DNA from: Candidatus Sericytochromatia bacterium | GTDB lineage: Bacteria > Cyanobacteriota > Sericytochromatia > UBA7694 > JACMQJ01 | Direction of reading: 5' to 3' | DNA length: 64,000 bases | Assembly: GCA_026004035.1 (NCBI GenBank) | Contig: BPII01000009.1 | Span: 31,304 to 95,303, forward strand | Part shown: positions 19,199 through 29,796 of the stretch, in pieces | Layout of the letters: each line of letters begins with the position of its first letter | How positions within the stretch are numbered: the first letter of the stretch is position 1 | Translations under genes and position numbers: made by a program | Notes under the pieces: model-generated | Database searches by the model: none | The model's input: only the letters and a program-made list of their open reading frames with translations | What the model was told of the DNA's origin: nothing

Positions 19199-21370
19199 AT
19201 GAGTAAAATTTTTAATTTATTGATATTTATCTTATTTATATTTTTGTTTTCTTGTAAGCAAGAATATTCAAATCAGTATAATTCCAGGTATAACTACTCA
19301 GGACCACCTCCAGATAATAAAATATATTTTATGGAATTAGCAGACTCCGAGATAACAACAAATCTTATTATGGATTATACACTTACAAGTATTAATAATA
19401 ATCCTAGTATGTTAGAAAACAACACATATTTAATTTTTGGAACTAAGAAAGGTAATCTATATAATTTTGATTACAGAAGAGGAAAATTTAGATGGATAAA
19501 AACATTTAACTCAACAATTAATTCTACTCCTTCAGCATATAAAGAAAAAGTCTTTTTTGCTATTAAAGGAGATATTTACGCTTTGAATTTAAATGATGGT
19601 AATATAGTATGGAAATATAAAGTAGATTCTGAAGTTGTAAATGATTCTTTAGTAACGGAAAAAGCTGTTTATTTTTCTTTTAAAAACAATAAAATATATA
19701 GTTTTAATTATGAAAATGGAAATATAAATTGGATTTATAATTCAAATTTGCCAATAGAAACAAATATTTTATCTTATGATAATAAATTATATTTTGGAAC
19801 TAGTAATGGTATTAATTGCTTGGATGAAAAAGACGGAAAAATCATATGGAAATTTAATTCAAATTCTAAACCATTATCAATGCCTGTGGCTTCTAATAAA
19901 AGAATATTTTTTGTTTCAAGTGATAATAACTTATATTGTTTAAACTCTAAAGATTCTACTTTTATATGGTCTGTAAAACTTGAAAAGCCTTCAAAAGCTA
20001 CTCCTTCTATAAATAGTAATAGACAAAGAATATATGTTTATTCAAATGGTAAAATTTTATACATAGATACCACAACAGGTATAATATACAGAGAAACAAA
20101 AATAAATTCTGTGATTAATAATCCTATTATAAATTTAAATGGATATATATATGTAACGAATGATAAAGGTAGATTATATTATATAGATGAAACAAATCAA
20201 GAAATAAAATGGTATTTTGATGCTTTTGGTAAAAAAACAACAGCTCCATTGCTATATAATGGTATAGTCCATTTTGGAACTGATGAAGGAATAATATATG
20301 CGATAGGTAGAAATGAAGATTATCATATATATAACCCATTAATAAAAAAAGTTAATGATATTATAAAAAACAGAAAAGGAATAAATCAACATAGAGCTTT
20401 TTATAATTCTAGTTTTGGAAAAATTCCAGAAGGTTATTTAAAATACAAAATTGATTTAAAAGATGAAATAACAAACTCACTATCTTTTGAAAATGATGAT
20501 GTTTATATATCATCAGGAAAAAAACTTTATATAATAAAAGAAGATAGTGACTTTATAAAATGGAATTATGAAGCTACTAGTAAAATAACATCTTCAATAT
20601 TTGTTACAAATAGAAATCTATATTTTTCTGATATTGAAGGTTATATTTACTCAATGCATGCTGATTACAGACAAGTAAATTGGCGATACAATTCAGGTGC
20701 TCCTATAAATTCCTCACCTTTTGTTTCACAAGATAAAGTTTTTATTGGCAATGATAAAGGAGATTTTATTGCTCTTGATAATATAGGAAATTTGTTATGG
20801 AAATATAAGACAAATGGAAAAATAAATTTTGATAGTATAGTTTATAAAGATTATGTATATTTTGTTTCAAATGATTCATATTTATATTGTTTGAATATAA
20901 ATAATGGTAAGCTTGTTTGGAAATATCAAGTTAATAACACTTCTAAAAGTTGTGTTATAGCTAATAATATATTGTATATAAGTTCTAATAAAAATCTTTT
21001 AGCACTAGATTATTTAACAGGAAAAATTATTTGGAAATATCAAACAAAAGCAAATATAAACTCAATACCTGCAATTTATAACAATAATATATATTTTGCA
21101 AATCAAGATGCAATATTATTTGCATTAGATATAAATAGTGGTAAGAAATTATGGGAGTATAAGTTAAAAGGTAATGTTAGAGGTGGTATAAGTATAGTTG
21201 ATGATTATATATACTTTGGAGATGAAAAAGGTATTATTTATAGTATAGATTACAATAAAGGAATAAAAAATTGGGAATTTGATACAAAAGAAAAAATAGT
21301 TACAAGCCCTATTATTGTAAAAGGATTACTATATATATGTGCTGGTAAGCATTTATATATTATTAGATAA
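19199..21370 (+). CDS. PQQ-like beta-propeller repeat lipoprotein (BamB-like, double propeller)
   Basis: Lipobox LFSC. Many repeats of the G-x-(I/L)-x-W-(K/E)-(Y/F) pattern (GNIVWKYK, GKIIWKFN, GKLVWKYQ, GKIIWKYQ, GKKLWEYK). Confidence 0.75.
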   Translation: MSKIFNLLIFILFIFLFSCKQEYSNQYNSRYNYSGPPPDNKIYFMELADSEITTNLIMDYTLTSINNNPSMLENNTYLIFGTKKGNLYNFDYRRGKFRWIKTFNSTINSTPSAYKEKVFFAIKGDIYALNLNDGNIVWKYKVDSEVVNDSLVTEKAVYFSFKNNKIYSFNYENGNINWIYNSNLPIETNILSYDNKLYFGTSNGINCLDEKDGKIIWKFNSNSKPLSMPVASNKRIFFVSSDNNLYCLNSKDSTFIWSVKLEKPSKATPSINSNRQRIYVYSNGKILYIDTTTGIIYRETKINSVINNPIINLNGYIYVTNDKGRLYYIDETNQEIKWYFDAFGKKTTAPLLYNGIVHFGTDEGIIYAIGRNEDYHIYNPLIKKVNDIIKNRKGINQHRAFYNSSFGKIPEGYLKYKIDLKDEITNSLSFENDDVYISSGKKLYIIKEDSDFIKWNYEATSKITSSIFVTNRNLYFSDIEGYIYSMHADYRQVNWRYNSGAPINSSPFVSQDKVFIGNDKGDFIALDNIGNLLWKYKTNGKINFDSIVYKDYVYFVSNDSYLYCLNINNGKLVWKYQVNNTSKSCVIANNILYISSNKNLLALDYLTGKIIWKYQTKANINSIPAIYNNNIYFANQDAILFALDINSGKKLWEYKLKGNVRGGISIVDDYIYFGDEKGIIYSIDYNKGIKNWEFDTKEKIVTSPIIVKGLLYICAGKHLYIIR

Positions 21371-21417
21371 CTTATTACAAATTTTTTCTATTCTAAAAAG
21401 AGAATAATCCAAAAATT

Positions 21418-22500
21418 ATGAAAAATTTTTATTACAAGTTTATAACTGATTTTTATATCCTTTCAGAGTTTTTAAAATCATTTTTATTTAGTTTAATAAT
21501 TTTTATTTTCATAAATATTTCATCATTTGTATTATTTAATGTAATTAATCTAATAGTAGATTATGGTATAAATCTAAAACAAGCATCAATTTTATTTATA
21601 CTAAGTATTCCTGAAATGCTTTTTTATAGTATTCCTATGTCTTCTTTACTTGCTTCTCTTTTTTCTGTTAGTAATTTGAATAAAAATAATGAATTAATAA
21701 TAATGTTATTATCAGGAAAAAATAAGTTTTATATATTTAAAAGCTTAATATTTTTTTCTTTTTTGTTATTTACAATAACATTCATATTTAATAATTTTAT
21801 TGTTAGCAAATCAAGCTATAACTTTAATAATAATATTAAACTTATACAGAATAATTACAATTATTCTTTTTATAAAGAAAATTTTTTATATAAAGAAATT
21901 AAAAATGGAGTTTTAAATAAATCTATATATGTTGGAAAAATTGAAAATAATAATATATCAAATGTTTTTATAGAATATATAAAAAATAATAAAGTTATCA
22001 AAATAATTTCTTCAAAAAAAGCTATTTTATACAATGATTTTATGATTTTAAAGTATGGTGAAATAATAATTTTTCAAGATAATAGTATAAGCAAAATAAA
22101 ATTTCAATCTTATAAGTTCAATTTAAACAAAGCTTTAAAAAACATTATCTTTGAAAAAAGAGAAGCTAAAGAAATGACTTATACAGAGTTAAAAGATTTT
22201 ATAAATAATTTGAAAAAAACAGGAAACAATTATTATAACTATGAAGTTCAATTATACCAAAAAATTTCTCTTCCTTTTTCTATAATAATATTTACCTTAA
22301 TTGGAATATCAATTGGAAGTATTAATAATAAATCAAAATCCTTTAATTTTTCTTTTAGCATAATATTTATATTTTTATACTATGTCTTAATGTTTATATC
22401 TTCATTATTAGGTAATTTAGGATATATAAATACACTTATTGCTGCTTGGCTTCCAAACTTAATAGTATTTTTTTTAAATTTATTATTATTTTTATTATAA
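21418..22500 (+). CDS. LptF/LptG family (YjgP/YjgQ) LPS export permease
   Basis: 360 aa. Three N-terminal TM helices, a ~150-aa periplasmic insert, then three C-terminal TM helices. The N-terminal pattern FYILSEFLKSFLFSL is typical of the family. Confidence 0.7.
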   Translation: MKNFYYKFITDFYILSEFLKSFLFSLIIFIFINISSFVLFNVINLIVDYGINLKQASILFILSIPEMLFYSIPMSSLLASLFSVSNLNKNNELIIMLLSGKNKFYIFKSLIFFSFLLFTITFIFNNFIVSKSSYNFNNNIKLIQNNYNYSFYKENFLYKEIKNGVLNKSIYVGKIENNNISNVFIEYIKNNKVIKIISSKKAILYNDFMILKYGEIIIFQDNSISKIKFQSYKFNLNKALKNIIFEKREAKEMTYTELKDFINNLKKTGNNYYNYEVQLYQKISLPFSIIIFTLIGISIGSINNKSKSFNFSFSIIFIFLYYVLMFISSLLGNLGYINTLIAAWLPNLIVFFLNLLLFLL

Positions 22501-22551
22501 AAGTTAAATTTAAGTTATAATTAAGTTATAATGTTTTAACTTGGAGGAAAA

Positions 22552-24129
22552 ATGCAAGAAGTTTTACATAAGTCTGAATTTGTTAATGAACCATTTACTA
22601 ATTTTACTTTAGAATATAATAAAAATAAAATGCTAGAAGCATTAAATCAAGTAAAAAAAGAGTTTGGAAAAGAATATCCACTTATAATAAATGGTGAAAG
22701 AATATATACTGATAAAAAAGATAAATCTATTAATCCATCTAATATAGATCAAGTAATAGGAATTGTTCAAGAAGCAACAAAAGAACATGCTGATATGGCT
22801 ATAAAATCAGCTTATGAAAATTTCAAAACTTGGAAAAAAGTTCCTTATCAAGAAAGAGCAAATTATTTATTTAAAGCAGCTGATTTATTAAGAGAAAGAA
22901 AATTTTATTATTCAGCTTTAATAGTTTATGAAGTTGGTAAATCTTGGGTAGAAGCTGATGCTGACGTTGCTGAAGCAATAGACTTTTTAGAATTTTATGG
23001 AAGAGAAATGATAAGATATGCACAAGAACAACCATTGACTAGAATAGAAGGAGAAAAAAATAAACTTATATATATTCCTTTAGGAGTAGGAATTGTTATT
23101 CCACCTTGGAACTTTCCATTAGCAATAATGGCAGGAACAACAGTTGCATCCTTGGTAACAGGAAATACTGTTGTCTTAAAACCTTCAGGTGATTCACCTG
23201 TTATAGCTTATAAATTTGTCGAGCTTATGGAAGAAGTAGGATTACCAAAAGGAGTTTTAAACTTTATAACTGGTGATGGTGCTATAATTGGTGATTATTT
23301 AGTTTCTCATGAATTAACAAGATTTATTTCTTTCACAGGATCTATGCAAGTTGGATTAAGAATAAATGAAGTTGCATCTAAACATAAAGAAGGTCAATTA
23401 TGGATAAAAAGAGTTGTTGCTGAAATGGGAGGAAAAGATGCAATAATTGTTGATGATGAAGCTGATTTGGATTCAGCTTCAGATGGAATAGTAGCATCAG
23501 CTTTTGGATTTCAAGGTCAAAAATGTTCAGCCTGTTCAAGAGCTATAGTTGTAGAAAGTGTTTATGATGAAGTTATAAGTAAGGTTATTGATAAAACTAA
23601 AAAAATGTTATCAATAGGAAATCCTGAGAAATTAGAAAATAATTTTGGTCCAGTATCAAGTAAAAGAGCTTTTGATAAAATATTAAATTATATAGAGATA
23701 GGTAAAAAAGAAGGAAAGCTTTTATTAGGTGGTAATAAAATAGAAAACACAAATGGTTATTTTATAGAACCTACTATTTTTGCTGATGTTTCACCAAATT
23801 CTACAATAGCTCAAGAGGAAATTTTTGGTCCTGTTTTAGCTTTTATAAAAGCTAAAGATTTTGATGAAGCATTAGAAATAGCTAATAATACAAAATATGG
23901 ATTAACTGGTTCAGTATATACATTAAATAGAGAAAAACTACAAAAAGCAGAAGAAGAATTTTTTGTAGGTAATCTATATTTAAATCGTAAATGTACAGGT
24001 GCTTTAGTTGGTGTTCATCCTTTTGGTGGCTTTAATATGTCAGGAACAGATTCAAAAGCAGGCGGTAGGGACTACTTATTATTATTTATGCAAGCAAAAT
24101 TAATTTCTGAAAAAATTACCAATACCTAA
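22552..24129 (+). CDS. pruA: L-glutamate gamma-semialdehyde (1-pyrroline-5-carboxylate) dehydrogenase
   Basis: Aldehyde dehydrogenase motifs EMGGKDAIIV and FGFQGQKCSACSR. Length and ends match the RocA/PruA-type ~515-aa enzymes. Confidence 0.8.
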   Translation: MQEVLHKSEFVNEPFTNFTLEYNKNKMLEALNQVKKEFGKEYPLIINGERIYTDKKDKSINPSNIDQVIGIVQEATKEHADMAIKSAYENFKTWKKVPYQERANYLFKAADLLRERKFYYSALIVYEVGKSWVEADADVAEAIDFLEFYGREMIRYAQEQPLTRIEGEKNKLIYIPLGVGIVIPPWNFPLAIMAGTTVASLVTGNTVVLKPSGDSPVIAYKFVELMEEVGLPKGVLNFITGDGAIIGDYLVSHELTRFISFTGSMQVGLRINEVASKHKEGQLWIKRVVAEMGGKDAIIVDDEADLDSASDGIVASAFGFQGQKCSACSRAIVVESVYDEVISKVIDKTKKMLSIGNPEKLENNFGPVSSKRAFDKILNYIEIGKKEGKLLLGGNKIENTNGYFIEPTIFADVSPNSTIAQEEIFGPVLAFIKAKDFDEALEIANNTKYGLTGSVYTLNREKLQKAEEEFFVGNLYLNRKCTGALVGVHPFGGFNMSGTDSKAGGRDYLLLFMQAKLISEKITNT

Positions 24130-24252
24130 AAAATTATTTTTTAGCTATATTAGAATTTTATAAGATAAATAATTAAAATAAGTTTTAAGATTTTTTGATT
24201 ATTTGTGCTTTATAAACTATTCTAAATAAAAAAAGTATTTTATTATTATATT

Positions 24253-25881
24253 ATGGATAAAATAATAAAAATCTTATTAGAATCTGGAGATATAAACACT
24301 CATCAATTACAAGTTTCATTAGACGAACATGTAAGAACCGGAAAAGAACTTCTTAATATTTTAGTTGAAAAAGGATTTATTACTAATAGCAAACTTAAAG
24401 ATTTAACTGAATTAAGTTTTATAAGTGATTTAAATGTTAAGACAATCCAAATACCACCTGATACACTTAAGATGTTACCTTTACAAATAATATCAGCAAA
24501 TAAAGTATTTCCGTTACACTTTATTAACAATAAACTTGTATTAGGAATGGTTAATCCTAAAGATTTAATAGCTGTTGATAATGTTAATATTTTTCTTGGT
24601 AAAAATATTTCAATTCAAAGATTAAGAATAACAGAAGAAGATTACTTATTTTTATTGAAAAAATATGAACATCTTTTAAATGATAAAAAAGATAAAGATG
24701 ATTTAAAATATACTGATTTTAAGGAAAATGAAGATGAAGATAACTATGAAAAGATTTTTAACAAATTACTTCAAAGTGCCTTGAAAAAAAGAGCTACACA
24801 AATTACTTTAGAACCAGGTAATGATACAGTAAAAGTTAGATTTAAGATAGATGACACTTTTTATGAAGAAGTAAGATTTCCTAAAAAATTTTATCAAAAT
24901 TTGCTTAATTATGTAAAAGAAAATAGCACTTTTTTGGATTCTGATGATAAAAATTTATACTATTCAGGTTCGTTTAAATATAAAGAAAATAATGATAATT
25001 TTACAAATTTTGTTTTTAATGGCATTAAAACTATACAAGGTGAAAGAATTATAATTAGACCATCGTATCCAATACCAGAATTAAGAAAATTGTTTTATTT
25101 TGATAAAGTTTATGAATATATTGACAAAAGTTTAGCTAAAAATAAAGGGATAATTATTGTTATAGGAAATTCTGCTTCTGGTAAATCAACAACATTATAT
25201 TCTTTACTACAACATAAAATTTCTAATACTAATCAGTTAATAACTGTTGAAGATCCTGTTAAATATGTTTTTGATAATTATGTTTCTCAAATAAATTTTA
25301 AAATGGATAGAGTAGATTCATTAAAAAACTTTATTAATGAGCTATCAAGACAAAGTCCTGATGTATTAATGCTTCAAGAATTAAAAGATGAAGAGTGGGG
25401 TATGTATTTAGAAGAATTAGCTCTTTCTGGTATGTTAATATTTGCTGGAATAAAAGCATATAATATTATTTCAGCTATGAAAAAATTAAAAAGAATGAAA
25501 TTTCCAAATTTTTCATCTATACAACTTTTAATTCATCAAAAACTTTTAAAAATGTTATGTCCATATTGTAAAGTTAAATATAATCCATTGTCTCAAGAAA
25601 TTCAAAAAGCAGGCTTAACATTTGAGCAAATTTCCATTGCCTTTGAATCAAATCCTGAAGGATGTAATAAATGCTATGGTGGTTATAAAGGACTTATAGG
25701 TGTTTTTGAAGTTACTCCTGTTACAAAAGAAATGGTAAGAATATTAAATAAAGATGAAATAGTAGTAGAAAATTTTATTGAAGAATTTAATAAAAGTAAA
25801 ATTATTAGTCTTAAAGAATATGGATTATTTCTATTAAAAGACGGGATAATATCTTTTGATGAATTCTATAAGCTACTTTAG
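24253..25881 (+). CDS. GspE/PilB-family secretion ATPase homologue with a degenerate His box, not linked to other pilus/T2SS genes
   Basis: N-terminal T2SSE_N/MshEN-like domain. Walker A GNSASGKST, Asp box LITVEDPVKYVF, Walker B region DVLMLQELKDEE, tetracysteine CPYC...CNKC. The canonical TGHLVLSTLHTN is replaced by SGMLIFAGIKAYN. Confidence 0.7.
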   Translation: MDKIIKILLESGDINTHQLQVSLDEHVRTGKELLNILVEKGFITNSKLKDLTELSFISDLNVKTIQIPPDTLKMLPLQIISANKVFPLHFINNKLVLGMVNPKDLIAVDNVNIFLGKNISIQRLRITEEDYLFLLKKYEHLLNDKKDKDDLKYTDFKENEDEDNYEKIFNKLLQSALKKRATQITLEPGNDTVKVRFKIDDTFYEEVRFPKKFYQNLLNYVKENSTFLDSDDKNLYYSGSFKYKENNDNFTNFVFNGIKTIQGERIIIRPSYPIPELRKLFYFDKVYEYIDKSLAKNKGIIIVIGNSASGKSTTLYSLLQHKISNTNQLITVEDPVKYVFDNYVSQINFKMDRVDSLKNFINELSRQSPDVLMLQELKDEEWGMYLEELALSGMLIFAGIKAYNIISAMKKLKRMKFPNFSSIQLLIHQKLLKMLCPYCKVKYNPLSQEIQKAGLTFEQISIAFESNPEGCNKCYGGYKGLIGVFEVTPVTKEMVRILNKDEIVVENFIEEFNKSKIISLKEYGLFLLKDGIISFDEFYKLL

Positions 25882-27141
25882 AAAATTCAAAAGATTACTT
25901 ATTATATAATAAAAAGTGGCACCTAATAAAAAAGTTACTGGAAATGTAAGTATCCATGCAATTATTATATTCCCTACAATCCGCCATTTTACAGCACTAA
26001 ATCGTTTTGCAACTCCAACTCCCATTATTGACGTAGAGATTACATGAGTAGTACTTAATGGTATTCCAAAATATGAAGCTGTTGTTATTATTAACGATGC
26101 TGTTGTTTCTGCTGCAAACCCATTTATTGGTTGTAATTTTATCATTTTACTACCCATTGTATGAATTATTCTCCATCCACCAGCTAAAGTACCTAAAGAC
26201 ATTGCTAAAGCACAACTAAAAATTACCCACTTTGGAACATTAAATTCTACTTTTGTCTCAGAATTAATTTCTAATTCATGATTATTAATTGCTTTATTTA
26301 TTTCAAAAGCAAGTTTATTATCAATTTCTTTTACTTCTTCTAAAATATATGAAGATGATAGATTTTTATCTTTTGCATTTTCAACTTTTCCAATTATTTT
26401 ATAAGCCTTATATTTACCATTTTCATTTTTTATAAAACCTCCTTCATTTACAAATTTAGAAACTATATTTTTAATTTCAGGGTTATTTGGTGAATTTATA
26501 TTGGTTACTGAAAATACAGAGTAACTAATAACTGCCATTGTTATTATACCCATAGTCTTTTGAGCATCATTTTGTCCATGACTTAAAGCCATAAATCCAG
26601 CTGACAATATTTGTAACTTGGAAAATATTTTGTTAATTGGTCCTGGTTTAGAATAAAAAACTATTCTATAAATTATTATCATAATAAAAAAACCAAAAAA
26701 AATTCCTATTATAGGTGAAGTTATCATAGGTATAATAACCTTGTTTAAAACTCCTTTTAATTTCATCATTGAAAATCCACCAAATCCAAAAGCACCCCCG
26801 CACAGTCCGCCAATAATTGCATGAGAAGAACTTGAAGGAATACCATAGTACCATGTTATAAGATTCCAAATTATTGCACTTATTAAAGCTGACAAGACTG
26901 TTACTTGATTTACAGAAACAGAATCAACAATGCCACTACCAACTGTTTTTGCAACTTCTATACCAATAAATGCTCCTATTAAATTTAAAATAGCAGCCAT
27001 AATAACAGCTTGAAAAGGTCTTAAAACTCTTGTTGAAACAACAGTAGCTATAGAATTAGCAGCATCATGAAATCCATTTATATAATCAAAGATAAGTGCA
27101 AATATTATTACAAATATTAGAAGAATAAAGTAATCATGCAT
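25873..27141 (-). CDS. inorganic phosphate transporter, PiT family
   Basis: FDYINGFHDAANSIATVVSTRVL at the N-terminus and a second GQNDAQKTMG-type signature, with a large central loop. Confidence 0.85.
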   Translation of the reverse strand: MHDYFILLIFVIIFALIFDYINGFHDAANSIATVVSTRVLRPFQAVIMAAILNLIGAFIGIEVAKTVGSGIVDSVSVNQVTVLSALISAIIWNLITWYYGIPSSSSHAIIGGLCGGAFGFGGFSMMKLKGVLNKVIIPMITSPIIGIFFGFFIMIIIYRIVFYSKPGPINKIFSKLQILSAGFMALSHGQNDAQKTMGIITMAVISYSVFSVTNINSPNNPEIKNIVSKFVNEGGFIKNENGKYKAYKIIGKVENAKDKNLSSSYILEEVKEIDNKLAFEINKAINNHELEINSETKVEFNVPKWVIFSCALAMSLGTLAGGWRIIHTMGSKMIKLQPINGFAAETTASLIITTASYFGIPLSTTHVISTSIMGVGVAKRFSAVKWRIVGNIIIAWILTFPVTFLLGATFYYIISNLLNFLK

Positions 27142-27763
27142 ATTTTAATATTATCCCTAAAATAACATTAGCTGAATCATTACACTTGTCTATAGCATTT
27201 TCTATACGATTGTATATATCTTTCCATTTTATAACATACAAAGCCTCATAGTCATTAGTAAATAAATCTTTTATTGAATTTCTAAAAATTTTATCTCCCT
27301 GATACTCTAATTTATGTATTTCATCTATGTGAGGCGATATTTTACCTAATTCACTCATATTATTTAATCTTGAAATTAATAAAGATAGTTCTTGAGAACA
27401 GGATTTCAAGGTTTTAGCAAGATTTATAACATTATCATTTACTTCTTTTATATTATACAAATCAAAGTATCTTGTAACAGAATGAACATGATTTACTATA
27501 CTGGCTAATAGTTTAGTTAGTGAATGTATATCTTCCCTATCTAATGGAGTTACAAATGTTGATAATAATTCTTTCATTAATTCATCTGCTAGAGAATTAC
27601 CTTCATCTTCTAATTTATTTATTTGTTCTACATAAGTATTTTGATTTTGGTAATTTTCTAGAAATAAAATGAATTCTTCAGAAATCTTAACTAAAACATT
27701 AGATAATTTATTAAATAAATCAAAAAATTTTTTATCTTGTGGCATTAAATTTATTTTGAACAT
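27134..27763 (-). CDS. DUF47 / PhoU-like phosphate transport regulator (Pit accessory protein)
   Basis: ~209-aa helical protein with the typical M-F-x-x-L-x-P...KFFDLF start. Overlaps the downstream Pit gene by 8 nt. Confidence 0.8.
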   Translation of the reverse strand: MFKINLMPQDKKFFDLFNKLSNVLVKISEEFILFLENYQNQNTYVEQINKLEDEGNSLADELMKELLSTFVTPLDREDIHSLTKLLASIVNHVHSVTRYFDLYNIKEVNDNVINLAKTLKSCSQELSLLISRLNNMSELGKISPHIDEIHKLEYQGDKIFRNSIKDLFTNDYEALYVIKWKDIYNRIENAIDKCNDSANVILGIILKYA

Positions 27764-28011
27764 TTTGTACCTCTAAAAAACTACTAAATTCTAAAATTAG
27801 AATTATAAAAACACAAGTCTTAAATTTATAAAAATAAATTTTCTTATCTAAAAAACTAATACTAATAAGTATAAAATACTTGAATAAATAATATTAATTT
27901 TGTATAAATATGAAAACGATTAAAAATGATAATATTAAATAAATAATAACTAAAAATAATAATTATTATATTGATTAATTTTTATTAAATTTTATTATAA
28001 TTCTCACTCGG

Positions 28012-28156
28012 ACACTGAGATTGAGTTATAAAAAAAAAAAAAAAAATTACCTTGAAACGCTGATAAATACTAAATTTAAAGTATTTTTTAATATAAATCT
28101 TTAAACTTACTATTAAAGGATTTTGATCTTATCAAAAAATAACATTAGCCCAGTGC
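28012..28156 (+). mobile_element. MITE copy 1 (~145 bp) of the GCACTGGG-terminated family
   Basis: ACACTGAGATTGAGTTATA ... ATAACATTAGCCCAGTGC. The interior aligns by eye along its whole length with 50958-51096 and 59222-59359. It carries an A17 tract (28030-28046) where the other copies have A5-A6. Confidence 0.6.
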
Positions 28157-28364
28157 CTTTATTATAAGAATTGGTATTAGAAGATAATAGTAGGTAATTA
28201 TTATCAAAAAAAGAAATCAAAGTTTAGAAAAGATTTAAATTGCTATTCAAAAAGTATTTTTAAATTATGACTTGAAACTATCAGAAATGCTTTATTAAAT
28301 CCGTTAACTAAACAAAAAATACTTTATAAATCTATTTGCTTCTTTTCAAGACAAATATTAGCTT

Positions 28365-29636
28365 TTAGAACTTGTGTCGTGGAGTGAGACTCAAAATATT
28401 TTCTAATTCCTCTTTTCTTAATTCCCATAATATTTTAAGTTCTCTGTTTCTTTCAGTTTTTATCATATTTTTCACAATATCTTTATCATATTCTAATGAA
28501 ATCAATAAATTATCTATAGCATTATCAAGATATGAATCATTCTTTTCAAGCTCATATTTCATAATCCAATATCCTACCTTAAAAAAATATGTTAGCCAAT
28601 TTTTATCTAAAGAGTTAATTATATTAATCATTAAAGAAGCATTTTCTTCATCTTTTATTCTACAAAAAGAATAAGAATAAAAATATATAGCTTCTTTATA
28701 TGCTTTTTCTGGTAAAATTCCTTGTTCAGGATGTGATATAACATTTTTATATATTTTAATACAAGATTGAAATAAATCATTTATTAAACTTTTAATATCT
28801 TTATTGAAACCAATATTTTTACTTTTTATATATTCTTCAAATTTACTATCATATAAATTATTTTTTAATATGAAATCTAACTCATCAGCTATATGATATA
28901 AACATCTTGCGTATTCATCTATGCAATAAATATCATCAGGATTTAAATTTAAAGATTTTTCTAAATTATTTTTAGCTTCTACAAGCAAATTAAAACACTC
29001 TTTAGGATTTGAATCTTGTAATTGTAATGCTTTATTAAAATAACATATACCTATACTCATAAGTATATCTGCTTTAGTATTTACAAAGTCACTAGGGCAA
29101 GTATCTAGGGCTAAGTTAAAAGCTTGTATTGCAAAATCAAAATTTCCTGAAACAGCAGCTATCTTTGCTGCTCTTTCTTGATAAATAGTAATATTACTAG
29201 AGAAATTAGGTGCTGTTTCTAATAACTTTAAAACTTCGTCAGTTTTTCCTTCTAAAGTTAAAGCTTTTATTAATTTATTGAAATTTTCTTGATTTTTTTC
29301 TTTATTATACTTCTCTTTAAGCTTATCAATATTAGTTATTTTTAAACTTTCTTTTATATTATTTCTTACAGCAAATTCTAAATCACTAGGAACTCTTTTA
29401 TATATAAGTAATAGTTCTCCTTTTTCTTGAGGAGTTAAATTTAAAACTTGAGCCATTATATTTAATAAATGAACACTTGGACTTTTTACTCCTGATTCTA
29501 TTAATGATATATATGATTCACTGCAATTTATATCTGGGTCTTTTTCCAAAAGAGCTTTAATAAACTTTTTTTGAGTATTAAAACCCATTTCTTTTCTTTT
29601 ATTTTTTAAAAATTTACCTGCTTCTATATATTCCAT
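28365..29636 (-). CDS. XRE-family HTH transcription regulator with a long TPR-like C-terminal domain (RRNPP-like architecture)
   Basis: N-terminal HTH (GKFLKNKRKEMGFNTQKKFI...SESYISLIESGVKSPSVHLLNIMAQVLNL) followed by ~340 aa of TPR-like helical repeats. Confidence 0.7.
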   Translation of the reverse strand: MEYIEAGKFLKNKRKEMGFNTQKKFIKALLEKDPDINCSESYISLIESGVKSPSVHLLNIMAQVLNLTPQEKGELLLIYKRVPSDLEFAVRNNIKESLKITNIDKLKEKYNKEKNQENFNKLIKALTLEGKTDEVLKLLETAPNFSSNITIYQERAAKIAAVSGNFDFAIQAFNLALDTCPSDFVNTKADILMSIGICYFNKALQLQDSNPKECFNLLVEAKNNLEKSLNLNPDDIYCIDEYARCLYHIADELDFILKNNLYDSKFEEYIKSKNIGFNKDIKSLINDLFQSCIKIYKNVISHPEQGILPEKAYKEAIYFYSYSFCRIKDEENASLMINIINSLDKNWLTYFFKVGYWIMKYELEKNDSYLDNAIDNLLISLEYDKDIVKNMIKTERNRELKILWELRKEELENILSLTPRHKF

Positions 29637-29743
29637 TTTACTTTTTAGTAAATATTTTTTTATTATAAAATCAAAAAAAGTATAACTTATAAACTCTTAA
29701 CAAAAAAAAACAATATTATCACAATAAAGTAATTGATTTTATA

Positions 29744-29777
29744 GTAAAATAATAATGTTAGTAAAATAATAATGTTA
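29744..29777. repeat. perfect tandem direct repeat 2 x 17 bp (GTAAAATAATAATGTTA); candidate operator
   Basis: 29744-29760 is identical to 29761-29777. A third GTAAAA half-site sits at 29785-29790. The repeat lies in the divergent intergenic region, immediately upstream of the predicted -35 box. Confidence 0.6.
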
Positions 29778-29796
29778 CTTTTTTGTAAAAACAATA

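Noticed and set aside
27764-28364. Search for an RRNPP-type signalling propeptide ORF downstream of the HTH-TPR regulator.
   Set aside because: The minus strand between the regulator stop and the MITE (28157-28364) contains no ATG, and only trivially short TTG/GTG frames. The only nearby ATG lies at the MITE's right terminus, and the rest of the spacer was only skimmed. The architecture is noted, but a cognate peptide cannot be claimed.
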